From: Patellaria atrata CBS 101060
Lineage: Eukaryota
DNA: 64,000 nt
Assembly (NCBI GenBank): GCA_010093705.1
Contig: MU006089.1
Span: 291,570 to 355,569 of the forward strand
Reading direction: 5' to 3'
Part shown: positions 35,502 to 48,387 of the stretch, piece after piece
How positions within the stretch are numbered: the stretch's first letter is position 1
How the letters are laid out: every line of letters begins with the position of its first letter
The notes under the pieces: generated by a model
Databases searched by the model: none
What the model was told of the DNA's origin: nothing
Seen by the model: only the letters and a program-made list of their open reading frames with translations
Position numbers and translations under genes: made by a program

Positions 35502-38500
35502 GATGAAGTCTTGGGGTGAAAGGTAATGCTGGAGTTACGATACAGATTATATTCTACTAAATGACTTTTGATCTACCGTTGCCGGTGTGTAAGACTCTAT
35601 CAAAGGAAATGCGAGCACGACATGTACGGAAACGGAGAAAAGACGTTCAAAAGCCCTTCGGGTGGAGGACGGCACAGTGGCTTTTTGTATATACTTACGG
35701 TGCATTATTGAGGAGAAGTATGCCCCCGGTCATGTCAGTGTGCTTTGGGCCGCAGAGGACTATCCAGATTGTGATGCGGCCGGCAGAATAGGGTGACAGG
35801 TCATGGCGGGATCAACAGAGGTTGGCTGGAGGAGTACGAACCTTACAGTAGGATCCATGTAGTTCTACTGTACTATCGATGCATAGATTGAATCCCTCTA
35901 GACCAAGAATTCCATCCCGCCAATCCGCTCATCGGAGGGTTGTAAGCACATGCAAAGATATGCATAAGCCAGAGTTAAGTCCAGCGCTTACACAGGGCCG
36001 CTCGCTTGGGGCACAGTACGCTTACACTCTCTGATTTGCTGACTCCACGAGAGACCTAAAAAAGTAGCTGGTGTAATAATGTCCACTCGTTGTCATGAAG
36101 TTCCAACAATAGTATTCTTTTTTGAATCTCTCTCCGATAGGAGCTCAAGAAAAGTCCTAGTTCTAAATCTAGGATCTTCCCGAGTCAGTCCCGAAATGGA
36201 TATCGGCCCATTATCATTTCGCTTCGGCACGATGGCGCGGGACGAGACCGTCAACCAGCTATCAAGTCTTAAGTTTTGAACGATCAGGTTGCATACCGGT
36301 ACAGCTTTGCTGCTGATCATCGTCACCCGTTTCCTGCCACCAAAAACGTTCATCATGCCCTTAATTCTTTAGTTTCTAGTTGCACAAAATGTGCTCCGCA
36401 TTGTAGTACTCCGTATTACCAGATATCCGTCAGGAACAAGTGTACAAAACAAAATTCAACATCACCAAGATTATCGTGGGGTGGGGTTGAAGATAACCGC
36501 TTACACCTATCATCTCTTCAATCACATCCAAGGGGATCTTCTTGATAATCGACCTGGTTACTCGTAGAATTACCCTTACCGCCTCTGCCGTCAATCAGTC
36601 GCTTTTAAGCTATTCCCCGAGCTTCAGTCGATCATCGAGATATCGCTGACCCCGGTAATTATCAATCGTGTTCGTGCTGACCTGAGGCGTTGTGACGAGC
36701 TTGAAATGTGTATATCGACGAAAGTTTAAAAAAGAGTTTTCCAACTCATCAACAATTCCTGATAGATTCGTAATGGGGGCGGTGGAGGGACAAAATTCTC
36801 ATTCGTCATTGAGAATTGGAGTCTCCGCATTGTGGAACCTGATGAAGATGCGAACCTGACCTTATGGCTTTTTGCCATCGGGACGCCGACCATCTCAATG
36901 GCCTCAATGAACAAATTCGCTGCTACTGACTGTTGCAGCTTGAGAAGCCCAACCGGCAACGTGCATGATGCACGCGACATCGAGTTATCGCGACTTCATG
37001 ACACAAAGGTCTCGAATTCGGCCGCATCGACATTGTACTTCGTAAACTTCCCCACTCACGCTTTCTGCTGGTACTACAAAACGAACAGGTACCACGGCCA
37101 TGACAATGGTTGCAGACACGTTTGAATCAGTGCTCATGCAGCGATGCGAACATGCAATTGATAAATTGAGTCAATGTTGCCAGTTCATCGGCACCTGACC
37201 GCTTCTTCAGAATTACAACTCAACAACGTCAACCTGGAACCTTACGGATTCAGGACTCGCGGAGGAGAAATCCTGAGAAGTGAATTCATATATCCGAAAG
37301 ACTAAGGAGAGACACGAGAATGTTCACCACATTTAACTCACATGACTGAAAACTAATGCGGGCGGAGCTGGTACAAGCAACAACTTTTGTGTATCCATAC
37401 ACCTTCTTCATGGCAGATGATGGGGGATTCAGTCATATCATTGGATATTTTGAGCAAACTGCTTGCTCGACTAATCTATTCGTCCCGTCTGGTAAGAACA
37501 ACTAGTGCATTATTCTAGTACCTTAGGAGGTGTGAAATCGCTGAGGGATTGGTTCACAAGACTTGTTTCGATATCGAGTCCAGTCCAGCTATTATTTGCA
37601 TCAAGACTCCGGTTCAACAAGCTCTTTCTATCTGGATCAATTACAGGAATTGCCTTTCGGATTGCGCGTGTCCAATACCTGAATGCCGAGGATGACTATT
37701 CAGCGGAGCGGTGGTAGTCATGTCCGTCATGAGCTGGACACCGCCGCATAGATTCGCAATCTGGAGGCTCAAGTTGCGGCGAGGCCTAAGAATGACCCAG
37801 ATTCCAGGTCATGATAGGCCTTGTTAACAGGATTTTTCTTCGCCTCCAGAAATCCTCCGCTCCCATCACTTGACTTTGTAACATGAGCGGCGGAAAGTAT
37901 CGGCTACAACGTCAACCAAGCAAGTCATCATGTCTCAAAGGGGGCCGAGTCAGAAGGCCGAAGTAGAAGGGACTTGCGCTCGTCGGTTGAAGACTCGAGG
38001 AAATAGAATATATCGAATTTGCAAGTCGGTAACCAATCGGACAACGCAGCCAGCGAGTATTCCTGTTTCCGTTGGAGTGAGTGGTTTTTTCCTGCCAAAT
38101 ACAAATATATTTTCTCAAGATCAGAAAGGATACTAATTATGGTGGAATATGTTGTCCGCCGTTGACAGCAGGATTAGCATGATAATTAATGGCTATCACG
38201 ACATCACGTTATTCCCGCCGGGAGGTCTTTGCTTGTACGGGGGCCTCTTGATAAGCACGATCAGTTAACGGAATATTAAATAATAATGATCCAAAATGAG
38301 AAGCGGGAGAGGGAAGATGCAGGAAGGCAAGCGAAATGAGCAATAATACACTACATAGGGGCTAGCGTGGCCAGATGGAAAGAAGAATAATTAATCTTCT
38401 TTTCTTAGAAACAAATTTTGTTAATTAGGCAAGAATTCGCAGACTTAATCGTGTTAAGAATTTCATGGGCAAATCTCGCAAAAGGAGATTCAGCACGGTT

Positions 38501-40013
38501 CACAAACACGACAGGACTCGGTGTGAGAACCTACAACCTTGAAAACGAAACCCCACACTCTTTTCTGCTGTGCTTCCTCACAAGTGCTCGATAAGCCTTA
38601 CGATTGGATAAAGCGGCACGCTCCCGAAATGCATAGCACCAAACTAAAAGGAGAAAGATAGCGAAGCTTGTCATGCACTACAACCGACTCTTCATCACAC
38701 TTTCCAGCCACTCACCTTCTCGACAGTCGACATCCACTCCCATCATCGAGCCTGCATCACGCTCTCTTTCCGTCTCGCCTCTGATTTCCAGATCCCTTCC
38801 AAAGTCGAGCAACCTCTGAAATCCTTTTGCTGCTTTAGAGCTGGTCTTTCTTCTGCCAAGGAGCCATTTTCTCCTTCCCAATTGGAAGAAGTGAGCACGT
38901 TCAAGATGTGGTGCTCCCATGACCATTTGCAAAATTCTCCGCAGGACAATCATGAGCCGACTGTAACGTTCCCGAGACATGAAGTGCTAGTCAAGATGGT
39001 AACAATTATACAGCAATTTTATGTAGCATACGTCCTGTTGCTGCGCTGTTGAAGTTACCTAGCACCCAAAAGAAATCGGAGCAGCATGAGTGAAGCTCAA
39101 CATTCAATTCCAAGAGCTTGGCAATGGGATCAATGCAACCGGGAATGATCGTCATCTCTTCATCTCGAAATGCGGACCGTCCGGCCAGTTATCAGCAAGC
39201 CACGCTGCAAGTGATGGTGATGAAGTGATGGGTTTGAGGAGAGTGATGATGCCCATTTCGCTTCCCATCCGGTTAACTACTTCTTGGCCAAAAGAGCTAG
39301 AACTGGGATGGGGGAGCAAAGACCAGGCCGGCGAAAAATAACAGTCGATGGGATATTGACGGTAAATTGCCCATTCGGATTTTATTAGCAAAGATAAGAG
39401 TTTAGGAGGAGCTAACCGTTATGGGTAGATTATGGCTGAATTGCGTGCAAAGGATGTATCGATTTCGAGCAAAATGGTAGAAGTTTATAAGTTTATGAGG
39501 GGTACAGAGCGCATTGACCAGAGAGAGGTACTCGTGGGCGGCTCGCAAAAATAGCCTCCAGTGAGGCCTGCCACCAAATCTTCTAGGCAGTCCGTCGAGC
39601 GAAGGAGTAGACGAATCATAACTGCATACGACCCCGGCTTGCAGACTGAATGATCAAGGGCCTTTCCGTCTTCTGCAGAACCCCATTTCGTGACCACAGA
39701 CCACTACAGACCAGCCGGCCATATCCAGAAATAGATCTTGCATTTTGCTACCTTTTCTTCAACTTCAGGAACATATAAGTCACAATCTCCTCCCTCCTTA
39801 ACTCGCCAAACAACACAGGCAGTCCGAGTAATTTGCTACCATTCCCCCCTCCAAACGAATTTGCTACCTTTGCTGGTCAGAGCTTCGCATATTCTTCCTT
39901 TAATTCTAGCATATCCCGGTCCAGCCACAACTGTCCCTTACAGATTTCCAGTCCCGGCCTTGGCTTTGGCCCGTCCTATTGTTTATCAGCCACGTTCTTT
40001 TCAGTATATATCA

Positions 40014-42052
40014 ATGTCGTCTTCCGTTCCTACAACTTCAATCAAACCAGCTGCAACTATGGTTGGCACCAACACTTCGCTGAGCTCGAAGCCGGCTCCA
40101 CAAAAGATGCACAGGAGATCGCGATCTGGTATGTATGCACCGACCTTTGAGAGCTTGGACCCTAAACTGACCCGAGCTATACAGGCTGCTTCACATGCCG
40201 ATTGCGAAGGAAGAAGTGCGATGAGGGAAAGCCCGGGTGCAGAGCTTGCAAGCATCTTGGTCTCAAGTGCGAATACAAGAGACCAATGTGGTGGAGTAAC
40301 AATGAGCAGAGGAGACAGCAAAAGGAGATCATTAAGAACATCATCAAGCGAACGAAGCTTTCGGAGAAGCAAGCCCAAGCAGTAACAATGAGGACAACTT
40401 CGCCTCCCAGCTTGTGCCATTCACTTCCGACTTCAGATACCTTCTCCGACTCTGCAGCCCGAACAAGAGCAGTCTCAGTCGAGTCCCAATTCTCACTGGA
40501 CTGCGGCTTCAATCATGTGTCGACTCCTGATTACTTCTCCTCGATGGCTATGCCACCACCGCAATTCGCTCCATCTTATGCTTCTTACCCAGCTTTCTCG
40601 CCATATGAGGTCGACATCAAGACCGAGCGCCAGATGTTCATCAACGACATCCCGACGCGACGCGATTCCTCGATCTCCACCTTCAGCACTTACCAGCCTC
40701 CACCGCACTCCGGTCAAACCGTCACTGCCGAGAACTGGATCCAGCAGGACTACTTCGAGAGTCGCAGAGAGTCATATGCCGAGGAGCCATTGGACTTGAA
40801 CTTCTTCGATTTCCCTCATGGCCCCTGGACTCCCTCTCACCAGGCGATGATTCAAGTTGATGACTGCGATCAGCATCTTCTGAATCACTTCATCGACAAC
40901 GTCCTGCGCCTCATCTTCCCGATTCTCGAAGTGAACCAACATGGATCCGCACGAACTGATGTAATCCTTCCGGCTCTTGAGAATAACAAGACTTACCTGC
41001 ACTGCTGCCTCAGCATTTCCGCACAACACCTCAAGGCTACTCAAGGGCTTCAAGGAGATCAAATCGACAATGATATCATGCGCCATCGATATGCGACAAT
41101 CTCCGAGCTTTGCGAGGCTCTCAACCGCGATACCGACCACGTGCAGATCCTCGAAGCAACTCTTGGAATGATCTTCTTCCAATGCTCAGTTGGACGTCCG
41201 GATGATTCGCTTCCGGATATTCCATGGCATCAGCATTTCCAGGCCGCAACTAGCCTAGTCAACAAACTCGAGCTTCCTCAGAACCTCGTGGCACTCAATG
41301 GCAACAGCCACGCACAGCCTCCATTCAATATGACCTTGACAGCCTGGATCGACATCCTCGGAGCAACTATGCTTGGGCGGGCCCCAGCTTTTGCTGACAC
41401 CTATCGCGAGAAGAATATGGCGAACGCGGCAACTGGTCTTGCCGAGTTGATGGGATGCGACGATCGCATCATGTATCTCATTTCCGAAATCGCCTGCCTC
41501 GAAGCACTCAAGAATGATGGCATGGACGATGTTACCCTCTGCACTCACATCAAGCTTTTGGGCGACCAGATCAGCTTGACTGAGCCAGCACCAGGAACAG
41601 TCGGCGTTGCCTACTCTGGCACTGGGGCTATCCGTCCCAAGCAACTCAGCAAAAACATGACAGCGGTTTTCCGCATCGCCGCACGTATCTACCTTTGCAG
41701 CTTGGTTCCTGACTTCGATCGCCACCAACCTAGCATCGTCAACCTCGTGGCTATGCTCACTGAGCAAATGAACTGGATTCCAAATGCATCCGACGGCTTC
41801 GACCGCTCTCTAGTCTGGCCACTCCTCATCGGTGGTGCAGTTTCACTTCCAGACTCCACTTTCCGCAAGATGTTCTCCGACCGCTCTGCACTCTTGGGCG
41901 AGGCTTCTGAATTCGGTTCCTTCGGTCGCATCAAGGAGCTCCTCAAAGATGTGTGGCAACTCAACGACGACGCTTCCACTCGAGGAGAACGACAGAGCGT
42001 CCACTGGCGGGACGCGATGCGCTCAAAGGGGTGGGATTTCTTGTTGATCTAG
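40014..42052 (+). CDS. pro1: Zn(II)2Cys6 developmental transcription factor of the Pro1/NosA/ADV-1 family
   Basis: HRRSRSG|CFTCRLRRKKCDEGKPGCRACKHLGLKCEYKRPMWW, intron 40129-40183, a fungal TF domain and the terminal VHWRDAMRSKGWDFLLI. Confidence 0.92.
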
Positions 42053-43381
42053 AAACCTACTTTTGAGCTTCCCTCGACGGGAAAAAAGCATCCTGGTCTG
42101 TCTTCTGCTCAGTTACAAACAACATTCATTACACAAACATTCACTACGACAATTACAAGCCAAAGCATAGCGCGGGATTGGAAGACCTTCTTTTCTCTGC
42201 ACATATTTTTCAACAGCATTATACCCTTTTGTAATCTTCCAGTATCTCTAGACGCATTCATGATCACCGGGTTTTGTGATCGGGGGTTTCCCGAAACGAG
42301 CAAAGGCGTTTGGGAAGGGATATCAGCATATGGGGACGAAATCATAACGGTCTTTTTCTCACGGCCGCACACTTACAATTTCCTTTATTTGTTCAGTGGG
42401 AAGAGAAGGAAGAAGACATTGTTTGGGATGAGTTTAGCCACTTCGTTTGCTTGGACTAGTGCAGCTCCAAAGCCTCTCTACCTATTGTATAATAATCCGC
42501 TTGAGGAAGAAGCATTAGGCTTCACTCCAAAAGAATGAACATTAGTACAAAAATCACTCCTCTGTTCCTAATCGGTGCAATGTGCTTTGAACTGTGACTA
42601 CCTACCTTGACATGCGATTTGGTCAGTGAACCCGAAGAGATCCGAAAGGTGCCCTGAACACTTGGGACGGAGGGTACCCAAGAGCTGCAGAGAGAGAGAG
42701 AGGGGGGCGGGGGGGAGGGGAAGCCCCTAACTACCCAGGGGATAGGGCTACCTACAGGTATACGGGTAACCTAAAAGGATAACTTTGTAAGCGTACAGCT
42801 TTAGGTGGGTTGATGGTGCACCTTGTGTTTCCGAGAGGGGCAAGAACTGAGGTGGTTTTTGGTGTGGTTTGCACTTTCCCCTCGACCCATGCAGCAGCAG
42901 CTCCCGGCAAGCGTGGGCCAGACAATCTAAATATAGTAGCGTAGATTAAACGGTTGCACCTCAGAGGGAAGAGAACGAACCTGATGTGCGTCTCGTCAAA
43001 AAAAAAAGCTGCAGCGCAGAAAACTCTTGGTAGCCTTGGGGTATTCGTCTCATACGCAAAGAGATGTCTCGGGTGGGGACTCGCTCCATTCTTCGTAATT
43101 TGTGCCAAAGTACTGCTGGGCCCCAATTCTTGCTTTGACAGGACAATAAGGGAACGTTGCTTACTTGCTACCGTCCCTCTGGTCACACACCTTTTTTGGC
43201 TTCCGAATACACCGCTGCGACGTTACTGACATTTTTTATTGATTTGGCTCTTTTTCTTGTTTAATCCTAAAGGCTTTGCCCCTTCTGTTGGTACAGTACC
43301 CCAGTGGAGGATTTGTGGTGTGGAGAGGTCTTGCATAGTAACCCTCTTTTCACTCTCTCCTACCGACTCTCTCTTTTAAAG

Positions 43382-44536
43382 ATGGCGCAGCACCCCGCCA
43401 CTTCTCCCTCTGAACGCTTCGATCCCGTCGACACTTCGACACCATTGCACACGGCCAAAGATGAGGTCGAGTCTCCCAGCGTATCCAATGCCACGGCCCT
43501 AGCACGCTTCGAGTTTGAGCCAGGCCGCAGCAAAGATGGCACTAAGGTACTCATGGTCGAGTGGGAAGAGGACCATACGACGCGCAATGTGCGTGGCGAT
43601 TGGCACATAACGTGGGAAGGCAAAAGCACCGTTCTTCGAGCTGAGGACCAGACGAACAACGACATCAATCGACTGTACTTTCTGTTGCCCCCTGGAGTTG
43701 CCGTGCCTTCGATTGTCACATTAACGCATGAGGCGAAGGATAATTCTCGACAACCTGTGGTTTGGCGAACGAACCCCTTACCTGCAATCTTCCCTCCAGA
43801 ACTGGGAGCATCTGCGAGAGTAGCAGGTAAGAAAGGCGTGCTGCATACGATATGGGCCAAGAAGCGGTTGCAGGTGCTCCAGAAAGAGATTGATGCCGAG
43901 TCCAAGATCAACGCCGAAGGTGTAGGACTCCAGATGGCAATGCAAGAAAAAGAATGGATTGAGCAAAATTTTGGCGTTGCTCCTAAACCATTGGCGAAGC
44001 TCACCATACCCGGTGTCGGAGACAGCCCAGCGCCACTCAGTCCATCGAGTCCAAAATCCCCAGGTGGAGGCCGACTGCTGGAGAAACTGAAAGGCTTGAA
44101 ACTGGGAACGAGCTCCAACGAACTGGGGTCTAGTAAGAAAGATACGAATGACGAATCCCCTATATACAATCCGCTATCACCTGAGACCTCGGATGTTGCC
44201 GTTTCCTCCTTTTCCGCCTTTAAAGGGGAGAGACCCGCAGTCCCTCCGCAGCAACCACAAGCAAACGGTGTTCGAAGAGTAGCAGCTCAAGCACCTCCAG
44301 CAGCTATTCTCGCTCAGCAACAGCAACATGGAGGTATGGCATCACTGAATGCATTTGCCGAGGCTCCCTTCGCGTCTTTCGAATCGAGAGCGCCGCCCAG
44401 TCAGGTGGAAGAGGATAAAGAAGACGATTTGTTCGCTCTGCCGATGAGTCCACGGAGTCCAGAGATGGGGAAGAGTCCATTCTCCTTTGCGAAGAGCGAT
44501 ACGGCGAAATACATCAAGGAGGGCCAGATATCATAA
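43382..44536 (+). CDS. Fungal protein of unknown function (~385 aa)
   Basis: Intronless ORF with a globular-looking core (GTKVLMVEWE, PLPAIFPPEL, GKKGVLHTIWAKKRL) and an SP-rich tail; first ATG at 43382. Confidence 0.82.
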   Translation: MAQHPATSPSERFDPVDTSTPLHTAKDEVESPSVSNATALARFEFEPGRSKDGTKVLMVEWEEDHTTRNVRGDWHITWEGKSTVLRAEDQTNNDINRLYFLLPPGVAVPSIVTLTHEAKDNSRQPVVWRTNPLPAIFPPELGASARVAGKKGVLHTIWAKKRLQVLQKEIDAESKINAEGVGLQMAMQEKEWIEQNFGVAPKPLAKLTIPGVGDSPAPLSPSSPKSPGGGRLLEKLKGLKLGTSSNELGSSKKDTNDESPIYNPLSPETSDVAVSSFSAFKGERPAVPPQQPQANGVRRVAAQAPPAAILAQQQQHGGMASLNAFAEAPFASFESRAPPSQVEEDKEDDLFALPMSPRSPEMGKSPFSFAKSDTAKYIKEGQIS

Positions 44537-45353
44537 TGTCTTTCGAGGTTGATATCTCGTTCAAATCAGGGGATACACCTTGGTTCCTTTACGCGTGCTG
44601 TACGTTTGTCAGTGTACAGTACAGTACAGTCGTACTACCAAGTTTCTTTCGATGATGGCATCTCATCGGTTTGTACAGAGGTACGTCTGTTGTCGGAAAA
44701 CACGCCGGAGCGTAAGCGTACAGTAAACCAGGAGAATTATGACCAATTAAAGAGATACCGAACCCTTTATTTTGCTATGTTAGTTGGCGTTTAGCTCGGA
44801 GGTCTGTTCTTTAGACCAAAATTGTATGCTCATTAGCCTAACCTGATAATGATGCTGTACTTTGGAGTTTTTGTTGTCCTTAGTTTCCAATATATTGCCT
44901 TGGGAGTTTGTTTACCTTGCGGTTGGGTAATGTAGACGGAATTGTAGGCGTGATAGAACTAGGTCAAATTGTCACTCATCAAAAAAAAAAATCTATGTTC
45001 AAATCCTTTTGATACTCACGTCTAATCAACAACTTACCAACTGGAGGTTGATTAGCGAGGTTGCAATCCTCTTGCGGGTTGCGGCTCTGCTTCGGGTGCA
45101 GTATGTTGATCTGGTGGCTGCACGTCAGACCCCGGCAACGCCAAGCTCGGAACGAATGACGGGGAATCATGACTTCTATTTCAGAAGCTTCAGCTCGACA
45201 AACTACACCTCAATCTTACAACCCACTCCTATGCGCCGTCATCGACATTATCTCCATCTGCGCATACAAGTTATCTCTTTTCCTGGTGAGGGTAGTAAGT
45301 AATTCTACAGAAACTGAGCAATCCACTTGATTTCGCTCGAGTGTCGCGCGACA

Positions 45354-47796
45354 ATGGCAGAATTCACCTTCGACGCGGAAGAAGACTTTGCTGAGGTAAA
45401 ACAACTGAACGAAAAAGTTGTAAGTATTGTCGAGTGCTCAGTGCATCTTACTCATCGATGTTGTACTAATCAGTTTATTAGCTTTCTGATCCGGATGATT
45501 TTGAGTCCTGGGAGAAGCTTGTAACAGCCGCACAAGGTCTCGAGGGAGGCCTCAACCGAAACTCGAGCGAACAAGCTATCACGTTTACGCGTATCGTCTA
45601 CGATAGTTTTCTCCAAAAGTTCCCATTGTTCTTCGGATACTGGAAGAAATATGCAGACCTTGAGTTTTCAATCGCTGGCACAGAGGCCGCCGAGATGGTG
45701 TGTACAGTCTCGCTGGGCGTACTCCTGCCCATTCAGCTGACGTATTGATAGATATACGAGCGTGGCGTCGCAAGTATCTCAAGCTCTGTTGATCTTTGGA
45801 CGAATTACTGCACCTTTAAGGTGGAGACCAGTCATGACTCGGATGTCATTCGAGAGTAAGTATCAATGGCAAAACTTTCCTTCCCCCATAACAGTCCATC
45901 GAACGTCAGCGCCGGTGCTAAGTCCCGGCAAGCGTCCTCCGGCTATCCACAGAGCACGCTCAAGCGAATTTTGCCATGGGTGAGAAAGTCTACACCAAGC
46001 ATCCCGCTGATTTACTTCTTACTCTCAATGTTCAGATTGTTTCCTTGTTTTCGCTCCGCTCATTACATCTAACTCGTGGGACGTTTAATTTTTCCCGAAA
46101 TTGCTGAAAATATGCATGGAAACTCTACTGCAAGAGACACGAGATCTGATCGATTCTACCTACACTGTTTGCTGCCCCTCCTCGTCCCCCCTAGCTCTCC
46201 CATAAATTTTTATGTGGCTAACCGTTCGGTTTAGACTTTTTGAGAGAGGTGCAAACTTTGTTGGTCTCGATTTTCTTTCCCATCCGTTTTGGGACAAGTA
46301 TCTAGAATTTGAAGAGCGTCTTGAAGCCCCGGATCGCATCTTTGCGATCCTCGATCGCATCATCTCGATTCCGATGCATCAGTACGCGCGCTACTTTGAG
46401 CGATATCGACAATTAGCTGCTCAACGTCCTGTTGCAGAGCTTATCCGCTCCGAGAATTTGGCACCGTTACGTGCAGAACTAGAACTTGAGTTAAACCAGA
46501 AACGCAAATCGGACGTTGAGACTGAGCGTGAGCTACGCGCAAGGATTGACGTCCTTCATCTCGAGGTCTTCCATAGAACTCAGACTGAAACGACAAAGAG
46601 GTGGACCTATGAGCAGGAGATCAAGAGGCCATATTTCCACGTTACCGAGCTGGACGATGCACAACTCGCTAATTGGCGCAAATACCTCGATTTTGAGGAA
46701 GCAGAGGGTGACTTCTCTCGGATAACTTTCCTGTACGAGCGTTGCCTGGTTACTTGTGCGTACTATGATGGATTCTGGATGCGGTATGCCAGATGGATGC
46801 ATCTACAACCGGGCAGGAATGAGGAGGTACGCCACATATATCAGCGTGCTTGCTCTTTCTTTGTGCCGATCGCAAAACCTGCAGTGCGCCTCCACTATGC
46901 GTGGTTTGAGGAAGCCTGTGGACGCATTGATGTGGCTCAAGCGATTTTCGAGTCAATCCTGATCAAGCAACCAAACTATGTCGAAACAATCATTGAGATT
47001 GCTCATCTCAGACGCCGTCATACGGGACTGGACTCGGCTTTTGCGATCCTTCAAGAGTACATTGACGCCAAAGATTCCGACTCTAGAACCAAAGCTGCGC
47101 TGGTTGCGGAATGTGCTGAGATGTTATGGAAGAACAAGGGCTCACCTGAAGAAGCACGAGCTCTATTTGAGAGGCATCAGCCTTACTACTCTGGAGTTAG
47201 CTATTTCTGGAACACGTACTTCAGGTTTGAGTTGGGGCAACCAACCAGTGAAGCGACAGAACGGACGCAATTTGTGCGCATCAAAAAGCTTCTCGCTGAT
47301 GTACGCAAAAGCGAATTACCGGCCCACAATATCAAGCAGCTTGCGCATGTATACATGGAATATCTACAGAAGCGTGGAGGTCCCGGGGCTGCGAAGGAGT
47401 ACATGCAGCTCGATCGTGAAGTAAACGGGTGAGTTCATCCCTTTTTCATCTCGCGTTGTGAACAAGCTTTTTAGAATGCGATATGACACCTTGATGGTTG
47501 GTACGCAACAGCACTGACGTATCGCCTTCCCGGTCTGCAGTCCTATAAGTGTGCAGAACCTGGGCAAGATTACAGGTACTGAATCTGGAGACTTGACAAA
47601 TGGTCATCCAGGCATTCATGTTGAGGACGATCTTGCTCATGGCAATGAAAATTCCTACAGCAAATTCGTTCAACTCCAGTCTGAGCAGACGACCATGGTC
47701 AACGGACAAGTAAGAGAGACCGACCAACTTGTCCAAAAGGCTTTCAAGTCGACTGATGATGCTCTAGCCGAAAATCGCGTAAACGGTGAACGGTGA
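45354..47796 (+). CDS. PRP39: U1 snRNP HAT-repeat protein Prp39, multi-exon
   Basis: KFPLFFGYWKKYADLE, LFERGANFVGLDFLSHPFWDKYLEFEER, IKRPYFHV and NWRKYLDFEE. Long intron at 45856-46234; last exon 47541-47796. Confidence 0.93.
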
Positions 47797-48387
47797 ACTG
47801 AAAAGTTTCATAGTAGCCTAATTATCTTTCAGATACGTGTCACCTGAGATTACCTTTCGAGATCTCCCTAGGCTCATCGGGGAGCTATCAATACAATTCT
47901 AGGAGCATTCCTCAACGGCGAATAGGATGGATCTTAATTGAAGAGTACAGGCGCAATGTAATCGCGGGTCTCCTTTGGTTCAGTCTGTGGGTTCTTAGTT
48001 CTCTGTACGTAACTGAAGTCAGTTGAATGAATAGAAGAAATGACGATGGTGATGTTACCTCAAAAGTGCAAGATTGGGAAATTCGATGTGACAATTTGAC
48101 CGAAGGTACATGAAATGTCAGAAGGGAAGTGTGCAGGTATACTATAAAGCTTAGTATGACTTAAGAGGCGGACAAGGGAGCTTATCCATGACCTTCCCCA
48201 AACGGGTTGTGAGCTCTCACATCCCTTGTTAACCAACATTCACCACTTAGCACAACCAGGATTCAGTCATCATGCTTCCTTCGCCTTCGCCCTCTTTTAC
48301 TTCTCTACCTCCCGCAATACCCTCTCTCTCTTCCCCCCCCCTTTCCCCCCTCTATCTCACTTCCTCAATTTCCCCTTTTCACCCACA

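Noticed and set aside
42689..42720. (AG)n plus G-runs
   Set aside because: Short simple-sequence tract with only three G-tracts; no further support.
43360..44169. Long antisense ORFs (also 49531-50244, 60816-61553, 41255-41767, 62425-63006)
   Set aside because: Shadows of well-supported genes on the opposite strand with no recognisable motifs.
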